Origin: Mobula hypostoma
Taxonomy: Eukaryota
Assembly (NCBI RefSeq): GCF_963921235.1
Contig: NC_086107.1
Coordinates: 108,812,001-108,876,000, forward strand
Direction of reading: 5' to 3'
Length of the DNA stretch: 64,000 nucleotides
Shown here: positions 24,540 through 36,932 of the stretch, piece after piece
Numbering within the stretch: position 1 is the first letter of the stretch
How the letters are laid out: every line of letters starts with the position of its first letter
Position numbers and translations under genes: made by a program
The notes under the pieces: model-generated
Database searches by the model: none
What the model was told of the DNA's origin: nothing
What the model saw: the letters and a program-made list of their open reading frames with translations, nothing else

Positions 24540-25238
24540 CCTAGACCATAAGATTTAAGAGCAGATTTAAGTGGCCATTCTTCCCACTGAGTCCACTCCG
24601 TCATTCAGCCATGGGCTGATCCACTTCACCCCGTCATCCCCACTCCTCTACTTTCACCCCATACCTTTTGTTACCCTGGCTAATCAAGAACCTATCTATC
24701 TCTGCCTTAAATACACCCAATGACTTGGCCTCCACAGCTGCTCGTGGCAACAAACTCCACAGATTTACCACCCTCTGACGAAAGTAATTTCTCCGCATCT
24801 CAGTTCTAAAAGGACGTCCTTCAATCCTGAAGTCATGCCCTCTTGTCCTAGAATCCCTCACCATGGGAAATGACTTCATCATATCTAATCTGTTCAGGCC
24901 TTTTAACATTCGGAATGTTTCTATGAGATCCCCCCCCTCATTCTCCTGAACTCCAGGGAATGCAGCCCAAGAGCTGCCAGACGTTCCTCATACGGTAACC
25001 CTTTCATTCCTGGAATCATTCTCGTGAATCTTCTCTGAACCCTCTCCAATGTCAGTATATCCTTTCTAAAGTAAGGAGCCCAAAACTGCACATAATACTC
25101 CAAGTGTGGTCTCACAAGTGCCTTATAGAGCCTCAACATCACATCCCGGCTCTTATATTCTATACCCCTAGAAATGAATGCCAACATTGCATTCACCTTC
25201 TTCACAACCGACTCAACCTGCAGCTTAACCTTTAGGGT
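24540..25238 (-). mobile_element. CR1 3' fragment
   Basis: MLAFISRGIEYKSRDVMLRLYKALVRPHLEYYVQFWAPY...LERVQRRFTRMIPG. Confidence 0.95.
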
Positions 25239-25247
25239 ACTTCCCCC

Positions 25248-25562
25248 TTGTGTTGGCACGTGGCCACGTGGTTAAGGCGTCGGTCTAGTGATTTGAAGGT
25301 CACTAGTTCGAGCCTTGGCTGAGGCAGCGTGTTGTGTCCTTGAGCAAGGCACTTAACCACACATTGCTCTGCAACGACACCGGTGCCAAGCTGTATCAGC
25401 CCTAGTGCCCTTCCCTTGGACAACATCGGTGTCGTGGAGAGGGGAGACTTACAGCATGGGCAGCTGCCGGTCTTCCATACAACCTTGCCCAGGCCTGCGC
25501 CCTGGAAACCTTCCAAGGCGCAAATCCATGGTCTCACGAGGCTAACGGATGCCTAAGAAGAG
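25248..25562 (+). mobile_element. tRNA-CORE SINE with an RTE-like tail
   Basis: A box TGGCCACGTGG, B box GTTCGAGCC, CORE-like GTGTCCTTGAGCAAGGCACTTAACC, TSD ACTTCCCCC. Confidence 0.8.
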
Positions 25563-26147
25563 ACTTCCCCCCTCCTTCAGTTCTGTAATCTCATCCAGCT
25601 TCCCAGGTCTCTTGATCACCCTAATTTTAAAAGCTCCACCAGTGATGAACAGCCCCAGCACTAGAATTTCTCTCCTAAAACTCTCACCCTCCTTCAAATG
25701 CATCCTCAACATCATCTCTGCCTAAACGTTATATCGCCTGACCCAATATACTCTTGTGTAGTTCACATCAAATTATTGGTTCGTGAAATCTCCTATGAAG
25801 TGCCTCGAGTACTAAGCTAAACATAAGGAGCTCTTTTCCCCAATGATGTCTCTGCTCCTTTAAGCAGCTCTTAACCAAGGGTGACCACTTACCATCGCAA
25901 ACCACTCAGGGTTGCTAAGAAACCTTGCGCTTAGCTCAGAATTTCATGGATTATGAAAAAAAATCAAATTGATTGATTTATAACCTCCATTGGAGACCTC
26001 TGAGTCATTCCGTCTGCAGTTCAACCCAGGCTGGACATCAGCTCCAACTGAGCCGGAGAACACAGACAAAACAACTAAATCCACAATCCAAAATATGCAC
26101 ACAGCTATTGTGTGGAATTCCTCAGGAAAATTCACTTTCTTTTATAG

Positions 26148-26255
26148 AATCCCTATGTGTCAAAGGTTCTTGTGTTCCTCTATTGTGGTCTAATTCTAGT
26201 CCACAAAATTATAATAGATCTCAGTGGGTTTCAACCGTTACAGTTTGCTCCCATT
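26148..26255 (+). other. Candidate spliced exon (108 bp), host gene unidentified
   Basis: Acceptor 'ttcactttcttttatag|A' and donor 'ATT|gtaagt'; length divisible by 3; two frames open. Confidence 0.3.
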
Positions 26256-26439
26256 GTAAGTCAAGTATATCCATTTCCTTTTGATCATTCATTCTGTATG
26301 GCAAAACCTTCCTAATTGCCCTCTCGCATCGCCCTGTGGATGGGGAGGTTGCTGAATGGGTGACTGTTTGTCAGCAATGGTGCTTCCATTCTGCTGTTTG
26401 ACTCAATTCCAACAAAGCAAGGAGGATGAGGAAAATCTA

Positions 26440-26658
26440 GTGAGTGTGTGTGTGTGTGCGCGCATATCTGTGTGCATATATCTATGTATCTCTGCGTGTG
26501 CGCGTATCTGAGTGTGCATATCTAAGTGTGTGCATATCAGAATGTGCATATCCATTTGCCTTATCTGTGAGTGTATCTGTGTGTGTCCGTATGTATGTCC
26601 ATGGGTATACATCTGTGTGTATGCCCATGTGTGTATCCATGTGTGTACGTCTGTGTGT

Positions 26659-26704
<46 letters not shown>

Positions 26705-26883
26705 GTGTGTGTGTGTGTCTGTGTGTGCGTGCGTGTGTGTGTATGTGTGTGTGTGCGTGTGTGTGTGTGTGTGTCTCTGTGTGTGCGTGCGCGTGTGTGT
26801 GTGTGTGCGCGTGTGCGTGCGTGTGTGTGTGCGTGTGTGTGTGTCCGTGTGTGTGTGTGCGTGTGTGCGTGTGTGTGTGTGCG

Positions 26884-26934
<51 letters not shown>

Positions 26935-26982
26935 GTGCGTGTGTGCGCGCGCGTGTTCGTGCGTGTGTGTGCGTGTGTGTGT

Positions 26983-27026
<44 letters not shown>

Positions 27027-27040
27027 ATGTGCGTGTGTGT
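26440..27040. repeat. Compound (TG)n/(TGCG)n microsatellite
   Basis: Direct reading. Confidence 0.98.
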
Positions 27041-27729
27041 TGAGATAGTTAGGTCTGTGAGCTGCATATCTGTGCTCTGTATCAGTCCATGCTGCAGACA
27101 CTTATATGCATAGAGACACCTACGGCAGCTTGCAGATTTGTGAATATGCAGGGGATACACGTGTTGTGTGCAGACAGACAGATGGATATGTGCTGTGTAT
27201 CTCTCTCCATATTCTAACCAGACCAACCATCCCAAATATCCAGAATACCTTTTCCAGGGCTCCTTAACTGAATGGGTTTCCATGAGGAATGGCACCTGCT
27301 TACACAACTACAGATTCTGCAGGTGCTGAAGATGTAGAGAAGCACACATAAAATGACGCAGGAATTCAGCAGGTCAGGCAGCATCTATTGAAGGAGATAC
27401 GTTCTATTGTACTTCTCCATAGCTGCTGCTTGATCTGCTGAGTTCCTCCAGCATTTTGTGTGTGTTACTTCCAGGCTCTTCTTGGGTTTATTCTATTAAA
27501 TTATCTTCCTCTTCTATTCCTGTCCCATACAACAAAGATAACTCACTGCATAATTATAACAATAAATGCACTTCCCCTTCCAAAACACCCAAGGAATGAT
27601 GGGTGCACTGCAGAGATAGCAACATGGGTCAGTGATAGACCGCCCCATTCCCACCCACACCACCATCACCCCTGCCACAACCTCAAGGTGCTTATAAAGA
27701 ATCTGGAATTTAAGCAAGTATTAACTGTA

Positions 27730-28280
27730 AACATGAGGAGGTCTGCAGATGCAGGAAATCCAAAGCAACACAGACAAACTGCAGAAGGACCTCAGCAGGT
27801 CTGGTAACATCTCTGGAGAGGAATAAACAGTCCACATTTTGGGCTAAGACCCTGCTTCAAGACTGGAAAGGAAGGGGGAAGTCTCACTTACAGCCCACTA
27901 CACCACTGGCGTTTAGGGCAGCAGCGAAAGGTCCTCCATCTCTGGCGGTGTTCAGAGCTTCCACTCTTGGTCTGACCCCTGCCCTCTGACTTGTTACGCA
28001 TGGGTTACCCTATCAAGAGCCAAACGTAAAGCCTTGACTCCAGCCAACACAGCTCTCCGGGTCAATGAGGCACGCAAACTTCTCAACCGTGACAAGGGTG
28101 TGGTCCTTCTGGAGGAAGCTGGAAGGTGCCAGAATAAACAAGGTGGGGAGAGGGGAAGGAGGCTATCTGGAAGGTGATAGGTGACGCCAGGTGGGTGACA
28201 AAGGTCAGGGGCTGGAGAGGCAGGAATCTGATAGGAGAGGAGAATGGACGATAGGAGAAAGAGGGAAGGAGGAGGGAAAT
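27730..28280 (-). mobile_element. PLE terminal region interrupted by a bipartite RTE element (~27885-28110, minus)
   Basis: pLTR sequence on both sides; the insert matches the 10218 family. Confidence 0.75.
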
Positions 28281-28707
28281 TATTAACCGTGTTCTCCTTG
28301 CTAAAATATTCCCGCACCTGACAGTTATCCATGCCCTGGGAAAAGGAGATTGATAATGTTTTTCCTGCTGTCAGCTCCTTGAGCGTTTAAGTGGATTGAG
28401 ATTTAAGCAGTAACTGCATTTTCTGGTATTTTCTAAGACCAGTTCACATGACTACAGCTACAATGATGAAAAATAACTTGCATTTTACGAGTGCCTTTCA
28501 TGTTTGGTCAGTGGTAAAGTTTGGGACGCGGCGGGCAGGGTGGGAGGGAGGAGGTTCGTGGAGAAGGTCCAGGCAGGTGACTGATTCGTAGACGCAGCAA
28601 CAAACAGCTGATTGGGTCCAGAATGGCAATCCAACATTGACAGCTCTCCTGATGATGGGTATCAGCTCGAAACGTCCACCATTTATTCCCCTCCCTAGTT
28701 GCTGCCT

Positions 28708-29018
28708 TGTGGGCAGCCTTGGGAGAGACAAAGACAACAGGAGTAAGCCCAGATAGCAAATCCAGAGTGGAGCCCCTAAGGCGGCTGGACGTCATTGAAC
28801 ATCCGTCCGGCAGCTCCCTGCAGCCAAGCCGGTGCCAAACATATTGCTTTGCTTTCCTTTGGACTGCACCAGTGAGGCGGCGAGGGGGACCTTGACGACT
28901 GGGCATCCCAGGATCTCCATACCTTCCGCCCAGGCTTATGCCCTGGAGAGGTCACTCCAGCGCCACTGTACACCATTGTCCTTCGAGACAGATGGATGCC
29001 ATCATCATCATCGTTAGC
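28708..29018 (+). mobile_element. 5'-truncated non-coding RTE-type retroposon inserted in a PLE repeat
   Basis: TSD GTTGCTGCCT (28698-28707 and 29019-29028) and (CAT)n tail. The host pLTR retains CTGATGA...GAAACGTC at 28649-28676. Confidence 0.7.
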
Positions 29019-29689
29019 GGTTGCTGCCTGACGTTGTCGAGTTCCTCCAGCATTTTGCGCGCGTTGCTCTGGATTTCCAGCATCTGCAGAACCTCTTGTG
29101 CCATTGATTTGTCCGTTACGTGCCGTGTCTCATGACATGGGTGATCATGATCTTTCCAAGACCATGATTGTTTTTGGCTAATTTTTCTACAGAGATGGTT
29201 TGCCATTGTCCTCTTCTGGGCAGTGTTATTGACACCAGTCCCACTTACTGACTCTTATTGACACCAGTCCCACTTACTGACTCTTGATCCATAGTTTTCC
29301 ACACGTTGGTGATTCAGGATACCTTTTAAACTCTGGAGAGTCCAGCAGCATGGAAAAAGGCCCTTCAGCCCATCATGTTCATGCCAATCGAGATGCTCCT
29401 CCAAGCTAGTTCTATTCGGCTGATTTTAGTCTATAATCTGCTAAACCTTTCTGATCTGTTTACCAGTCTAACTGTCTTTTACAATGTTCTTTAATGACAG
29501 CTCAGTCCATATAAATACCACCCCCTCTGTGAAAATGAAGTTGCCCCTCAAGTTCCTGTGCCCTCTAGTTCTTTATTCCCCAAACCTGGGAAAAGTAAAT
29601 TGAGTCCATTTACTCTATCTATCCCCCTCATGATTTTATATGCCTCTAAAAGATCACCTTTCAGTCTTCCGTGCTCCAAGGGGGAAAAA

Positions 29690-30375
29690 AATTATTTGTT
29701 TAGGGATACAGTGTGGAATTGGCACTTTCGGCCCATCGAGCCGTGCTGCCCTACAATCCCCGACAACCCTAATTTAATCCTAACCTAGTCATGGGACAAT
29801 TCATAATGACCAATAAGTAAACAATAAATATCGAGAACATGAGATGAAGAGTCCTTGAAAGTGAGTTTATTGGTTGTGGGAACATTTCAATGATGTGGCA
29901 AGTAAAGTTGAGTGAAACATTTCCTGGACTTGAAGATTTTATTTCAGACGCCTTTGGACTGTGGGAGGAAACCAGAGCACCCGGGGAAAACCCACGCATT
30001 CCTCGGGGAGGACGTACAGAACGGTGTAGCGGTTAGCACGACGCTTTACAGTACCAGCGACCCGGGTTCAATTCCTGCCACTGACTGTAAGGAGTTTGTA
30101 CGTTCTCCCCGTGACGGCGTGGGTTTCCTCCGGGTGCTCCGGTTTCCTCCCACAGTTCAAAGACGTACCGGTTGGTAGGTTAATTGGTCATCATAAATTG
30201 TTCCGTGATTAGGCTAGGATTAAGCCGGAATATTGCTGAGCGGCATGGCTCAAAGGACCAGAAGGGCCAGTTCCTCACTGTATCTCAATCAACTCATTAC
30301 AGAGGACATCGGGATTGAACCCTGAATTCTAAAGCTCCGAGCTGTAATGGCGTCCGCTAACCGCGACGCCACCAC
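29690..30375. mobile_element. Nested V-SINEs: a plus-strand copy (~30021-30297) inside a minus-strand copy
   Basis: Two opposed V-domains; TACAGA is duplicated at the junctions. Confidence 0.85.
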
Positions 30376-30925
30376 AAAAATATCATAGCCTGTTCAACCT
30401 CAGTCCCTCTACCCGGGCGTCCCTTTGAACACAGGAGATTCCGCAGGTGCTGGAAATCCAGGTTAACACACAGAGCACGCTGGAAGATCTCAGTAGGTCA
30501 GGCAGCATCCATGGGGAGGAATAAACAGTCAACGCTTCATCAGGGCTGGATGGGAAGAAAGAAGAGGCCAGAATGAGGAGGACAGGAAGGAGCACAAGCT
30601 CCCAGGATGACGGGTGAAGCCAGGTGAGTGAGATGTACAAGCTTTCTGGAGGCTTTCCAGTTTATTAGCACCTTTTCAATAGCACGGTGACCAAACTCAA
30701 CAGGAAAGGTGCTAGCAAGCTGGAGAGAGAGTGTAATAGATTTACAGGAATGTTGCCAAGGCCAAGGCAGAGTACTTCAGCCCGGCAGCCATTCAGGCAG
30801 AACGTTTCTTCAGATTTCTGCAGAGGTACCGTGGTGCCTCATTAAATTGAAGCACGAATTGGCGGCCGGAACTGAAGGGAGCGCCACGACCCTGAGTGGT
30901 GGGGGACCTGGAGTGTGGAGAAGGT

Positions 30926-31502
30926 TCATTAGGAGTTTGAGGAGATTTGGTATGTCTCCAAAAACACTTGTAAATTCCTATGGGTGTACAGCGGAGACCA
31001 TTCTAACTGGCTGCACCACCGTCTGATATGGGGCAGGAGAGGGCTGCACGGGATCGAAGTAAGCTGCAGAGGGTGGTAAACTTAATCTGCTCCATCATGG
31101 GCACCAGCCTCCGTACTATCCAGGACATCTTCAGGGAGCGATGTCCCAAAAAGGTGGCGTCCACCATTAAGGACCCCCATCATCCAAGTCATGCCTTGTT
31201 CTCATTGCTACCATCAGGTAGGAGGTACAGGAGCCTGAAGGCACACACTCAATGATTCAGGAACAGTTGCTTCCCCTCTGCCATCGATTTCTGATTTGAC
31301 ATTGAACCCATGAACACTACCTCACTACTTTTTTATTTCTATTTTTGCACTACTTACTTAATTTAACTTCTTACTATGTAGATACTTACTGTAATTCACA
31401 GTTTTTTTCTATTATTATGTACAAAGTTTGTATTACATTGAACCGCTGCCATAAAGACAACAAATTTCACAACATATGCCGGTGATATTAAACTTGAATC
31501 TG
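30926..31502 (+). mobile_element. Rex1-type LINE 3' fragment
   Basis: FIRSLRRFGMSPKTL...IKDPHHPSHALFSLLPSGRRYRSLKAHTQ; same family as 2808-4247 and 59275-59900. Confidence 0.92.
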
Positions 31503-32322
31503 GTGTTCCAGATTCCACCCATCCATTGGGTGGGAAATAAAGATCTTTCTTCAATGTCTTCTAAGCCTCAGAACCTGTGCCCCCAACTTTACGACATCTC
31601 AGCCATGGGGGAGAAGGTTCCTTTCATCTATACATTCTATATAATCGTTCATACTTCTTCGCCGATTGTCTTAATCATCAATCACTCCTTCCCCACCTTC
31701 TCTGCAACTTAAAGCTAAGCGCTTTGTCTCCCTTTCCTACTTCCAACTAGTTCTTTGTGGTAGCAGTTCAACTGAAACGCTTCCTCCGTTTCTTTCTTCA
31801 TCGCTGCTGCCTGACCTACTGAGCGTTTCAAACACTTTATGTCTGTAAAAAATCATAATGAATAGAAACATAGAATATAAAAGCAGGAAAAGGCCATTCG
31901 GTCCTTCCTGCTTGTTCTCCAATTCAATATGACCATGGCTGATCAACGAAATTCAGACCCTTCATCTAGTTTCCTCCCTGCCTTCCTCAATCCTTCGCGC
32001 CCCATAAAAAATACCTAATTCCCTGAATATTTTAACTGATTTGGCTTCAACTGCTTTGTGTGGTGGAGAATTTCACCAACTCTCTAGGGAAAGAATTTCT
32101 AAAGATTTACATTTATTTATTGCCTGTACATCGAAACATGCAGTGAAATGCGCCGTTTGTGTTTAACACCTAACGCACCCTATAGTGTACTGGTAGCAGC
32201 CCGCAAGTGTTGCCACATGTTATAGCGCCAATATAGCATGCCCACAATGTTCGGGAGAACAACGCAGAACACAACAAAAAACAAGTCCCATTTATTCATC
32301 TCTCCCACCACTCACATACATA

Positions 32323-32690
32323 TACTCTGTGCCCACTTTATTAGGTGCACCTGTTCACCCGCTCGTTAACGAGACTTTGACCATGGAATGATTGTTGGTG
32401 CTAGATGGGGTGGTTTGAGTACATCACAAACTGCTGGTCTGCAGGGGGTTTTCATGCACTATGGTCTCTAGAGGTTACAGGGAATGGTGCGAAAAACAAA
32501 AAAAAAACATTCAGTGAGCAGCAGTTCTGTGGGCGAAAATGCCTTGTTAATGAGAGAGGTCAGAGGGGAATGGTGAGACAGGTTCAAGCTGACGGGGAGA
32601 CAACAGTAAGGCAAGTAACCACGCATTATTATAAGAATGGTGTGCGAAAGAGCATCTCAACACACAACACTTTGAACCTTGAAGTAGCTG
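32323..32690 (+). mobile_element. Tc1 fragment
   Basis: Degenerate left TIR plus QFCGRKCLVNERGQRGMVRQVQAD. Confidence 0.85.
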
Positions 32691-34994
32691 AAGAATCCTC
32701 TCGCCCCAGAACTTCGACCTGCAGCCGACTCGGATTTGGACTCGGGCTCGCAATATTGATTTTCTATTTCCCGAGTGGACCTGCAGATATTCGCAGACTC
32801 GCTTTTGATAAAATCTTTTCTTGTGTGTTTTCAGATCAGTCTTCTGCCTTCTCCTTAGACCGTGACAACTCTAGTCCTGGACTTCTTGGTCATCAGGAAC
32901 ATCCTTCTGATGTCTAATCTGTCCATCACATGGGAATTTTACAGGACTATTTGAGAGACGTACTCAAACTTTATACATGGTGACATATACCTACTTTGAT
33001 AATAGAGTTACTTTGAACTTTGAAACGCAGATCAGCTGTGATCTCAGTGAAGCACAGGATGGATCAGAAGGATTAAATATCCTCTTTGTTTTCTTATTGA
33101 ACATCCGGATCTAAATTCACCCATTTTCCATTATTGTTCAGATTGAGGACTGTCATAAAGTCAAGAATTATTGTTAATGGACGCTTTTTTTGCAGAGCAG
33201 GGGAATTAAGGGTTTTGGGAAAAGGCAGGTAGGTGGAAATGAGTCCATGGTCAGATCAGCCATGATCTTATTGAATGGCAGAGCAGGCTCGACGGGGCAA
33301 ATGGCCTACTCCTTCTTCTATCTCTTGTGTCCTTATGTTGAGGAATGAGTGGATTAGATGGGCTGAAGGGCCTAGCTTTGATGTTGTATGACTCCACAAA
33401 TCACCCTCCCTTCCCCCACCAGAGAACGAGGATTTCCCTGCTCCTCGGGGCGTTGCGGTAAACGGCCAGCACAGGTTCTCTTCCATTTGACGTCACCTCA
33501 CTCGGTGTTTGATGAATTGAGTGCAAATCGCCAGCAGTTCACGACTGCCCTGCTTCAGCGGGCGATCTCCCGCTGCTCAGTGAGACAGCGTGACCCGCGC
33601 TCCAGCACATCACCTGCAAAGTGATGCACAGATTTCAAAACTGCACGCTCCACACAGTACAGTTGTCTCCTGGACAATTTACTTGAGTGATGAATGGATG
33701 GAGGGAAAGTTAGGTTGGGCACATCAGCTATAGTAATGCTGCTGTCTCATCCCTTCGTAGAAAATAGACCAGAGAACAGTACAGCACAGAAACAGGCCCC
33801 TCAGCCCCAAATGTAGTCTTGAACCAATTAAATTAGTAATCAAAAGGCCAACTAAACTAATCCCTTCTGCCAACACAATGGTCATATCCTCCTATTCACT
33901 GCACTCAGTTTGATGTGCCAATCCAAATATCTCCTAAAAACCCCTCATGTATTTGCCTCTCCCACCATCCCAGGCAGTGCGTTCCAGGCCTCCACCACTC
34001 CCTGTGCAAAAAATAAACTTGCTCCTCACACTTTCGACCTTTCCTCGTCTTCTCTCTCTGTGGGATCGCTCTGCTGAAAACGCAGTGGGTCTTTTGGACT
34101 GGGGGGCTGTGAGTTTGCACGTGACTGCGGGGGTTTCCTCTGGGTGCTCCGGTTTCCTCCCACCGTCCAGTTCGTACCGGATCAATGGTCATCGTAAATT
34201 GCCCTGTGTTAAACCGGTGGGTTGCAGGGCGGTGCGGATCAGTGGGCCGCAAAGGGACTGCATCTCTAAATAAATTTTCAAATTTAAATTTAAATTGCCC
34301 TGTGATTAGGCTAGTGTTAATTCGGTGGGTTGCTGGGCCAATGGCTCATGGGGCCAGAATGGCCTGTATTGCTAAATAAATACATAAATAAAATTAAGAG
34401 GCATTTCCTGAGCTGCCTGGCTCTCACATTAAGGTTATGTCTCCATCTCGGGACTCCCTATTAGAGAAAAATCAAATCCTCTAATTATTTTAATCATCTT
34501 GTTAGCATCATCCCTTAATCTTCTACAGTCAGGAGACGAAAGGTTTAAACCATGCAGAATTTCCTTGTGGATTAACCCTTCAAATTCAGTGGTGATGAAC
34601 TTCAGATAGGGAATATAATGAACAGCTTTGACAATAACAATTAATTAAAGCAGGTTAATTACAAGTGGGGTGCGTGCTTTCACTTATCTTGTGGCACAGC
34701 TGACGGCTTAAACAAACCGGTTTCAACCCTGGCCTCGGGCACTGTCTGGGTGGAGTTTGCACATTCGCCCTGGGACCGTGTGGGTTTTACCCGCAGGGTG
34801 CTCCAGTTTCTTCCCACATCCCAAATATCCGGGGGTCAGTAGATTAATCGGCTGGGGTAAAACACCCTGGGTGTGGGTTGATGGTCAGACAATGCATGAG
34901 AAAATAATCTGTAGGAAAATCGGTGGTTAATTTGGTCTTTTCATTGATTCTATTATATTTCTTTCTTCTACTGTGAATGCCTGTAAGAAACTGA

Positions 34995-36102
34995 TAGCAT
35001 CTTATCTATAAGATGAGCACGTATAGAGTTGGAGGTGCTGTATTGGCATGGATAGAGGATTGGTTAACCAATAGAAAGCAGAGAGTTGGGATACATGGGT
35101 GTTTATGTGGTTAGCAATCAGTGGTGAATGGTGTGCCACAGGGGTCGAGGCTGGGCCCCCAACTGTTCACGATATACATTAACGATCTGGAAGAGGGGGC
35201 CAAGTGTAGTGTATCTAAGTTTGCTGATGACACTAAATTGAGTGGGAAAGCAAATTGTGCAGAGGATATGGAGAATCTGCAGAGAGATATAGATAGGTTA
35301 AGTGAGTGGGCAAGGGTCTGGCAGATGGAGTACAACGTTGGTAAATGCGAGGTCATCCACTTTGGAAGGGAAAATTAAAGATCAGATTATTATTTAAATG
35401 CTAAAGATTTCAGCGTGCTGGTGTGCAGAGGGACTTGGGAGTGCTTGTGCATGAATCACAAAAGGTTGGTTTGCAGCAGGCTATCAGAAGGCAAATGGAA
35501 TGTTGGCCTTCATTGCTAGAGGGATTGAATTTAAGAGCAGGGAAGTTATGTTGCAACTGTACAGAGTATTGGCGAGGCAGCACCTGGAGTACTGCGTACA
35601 GTTCTGGTCTCCTTATTTGAAGAAGGATATACTGGTTTTGAAGGCAGTGCAGAGGAGGTTCACCAGGTTGATTCCAGAGATGAGGGGGTTAGACTAGGAG
35701 GAGAGATTGAGTCGTCTGGGACTGTACTCACTGGAATTCAGAAGAATGAAAGGAGATCTTATAGAAACATATAAAATTATTAAAGGGATAGATAAGATAG
35801 GGGCAGGAAAGCTGTTTCCACCGATAGGTGAGACTAGAACTAGAGGACATAGCCTCAAGATTCAGGGAGTAGATTTAGGACAGAGATGAGGAGAAACTGT
35901 TTTTCCCAGAGAGTGGTGAATCTGTGGAATTCTCTGCCCAATGAAGCAGTACATTTACCTCAGTAAATAGTTTAGGTTTATGGGGAGAACGCAGGTAGGT
36001 GGAAGTGAGTCCATGGCCAGATCAGCCATGATCTTATTGAATGGCGGAGCAGGCTCGACGGGCCAGATGGCTGACTCCTTATCCTGTTTCTTATGTTCTT
36101 AT
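34995..36102 (+). mobile_element. CR1 LINE RT and 3' end pseudogene
   Basis: GVPQGSRLGPQLFTIYINDL, KFADDTKL, WQMEYNVGKC, HLEYCVQFWSP; stops and frameshifts. Confidence 0.95.
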
Positions 36103-36137
36103 GTCATGTATATGGTGAGATATAGGTACTTTGATAA

Positions 36138-36932
36138 CACTGGACAACAAGGATTTTGCTTCCTGAATACTTTTCGGTGTATCTTATGGATCTTGGGCTG
36201 CTGATCATGAAAATTACCATGAATTTTCCCTATCACACACGATTTTTGGAAATTGCCTTTACTTGTTATTTCAATTTATGATTCAAGTCAGAATAACTGA
36301 TGCCAAGATTAAGGAACGCATTTTTGTTGGTCCACATATCAGACAGGTCGCCAATGAAAGGCAATTCGAAGAACTTCTAGTGGGACCGGAGAAAATTGCA
36401 TGGAAGGCATTTAAGGATGTCGTTGAAAATTTTCTTGGCAACCACAGAGCACCAACCTACGTGCAGCTGGTGGACAACATGCTTCAAGCACACAAAGCCA
36501 TGAATTGCAACATGAAGATTCATTTCTGCATTCCCATTTAGACTTCTTCCCTGGAAATCTTGGCGCTGTCAGTGACGATCATGGTGAAAGGTTTCACCAG
36601 GACATTGCGGTCAGGGAGAAACGGTATCAGGGCAACTGGAATCCATCAATGCTGGCAGATTATTGTTGGGCACTTAGACGAGAAGCCTCAGACACTGAGC
36701 ACAAATGAAAATCATCAACAAAACATTCTTAGCTTAGTTGAACTATTGCAAAGCGCCAGCACCATTATGCAATTAAACACATTATGTTCAATAAAAGTTA
36801 ATTTCATGTTTCTCCAAATTCCTACATGATGCAAGTAATCTGAAATTATATTTGTGTTCAGCTTGAAGAAGTTTATTATATACAAAAATAATTTTGAAGA
36901 AGCAACACTTTCAAAAAACAATTGTTGCCGTC
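36138..36932 (+). mobile_element. Chapaev3-type DNA transposon deletion derivative
   Basis: Left TIR CACTGGACAACAA and TSD TAA inside a LINE tail. Transposase C-terminus DAKIKERIFVGP...AWKAFKDVVENFLGN...HSHLDFFPGNLGAVSDDHGERFHQDI...RYQGNWNPSMLADYCW. Confidence 0.88.

Noticed and set aside
26403..27307. Long His-Thr and Cys-Val ORFs
   Set aside because: Translations of a (TG)n microsatellite.
29226..29283. 29-bp tandem duplication (also a ~80-bp duplication at 53230-53365)
   Set aside because: Ordinary local slippage with no sign of function.
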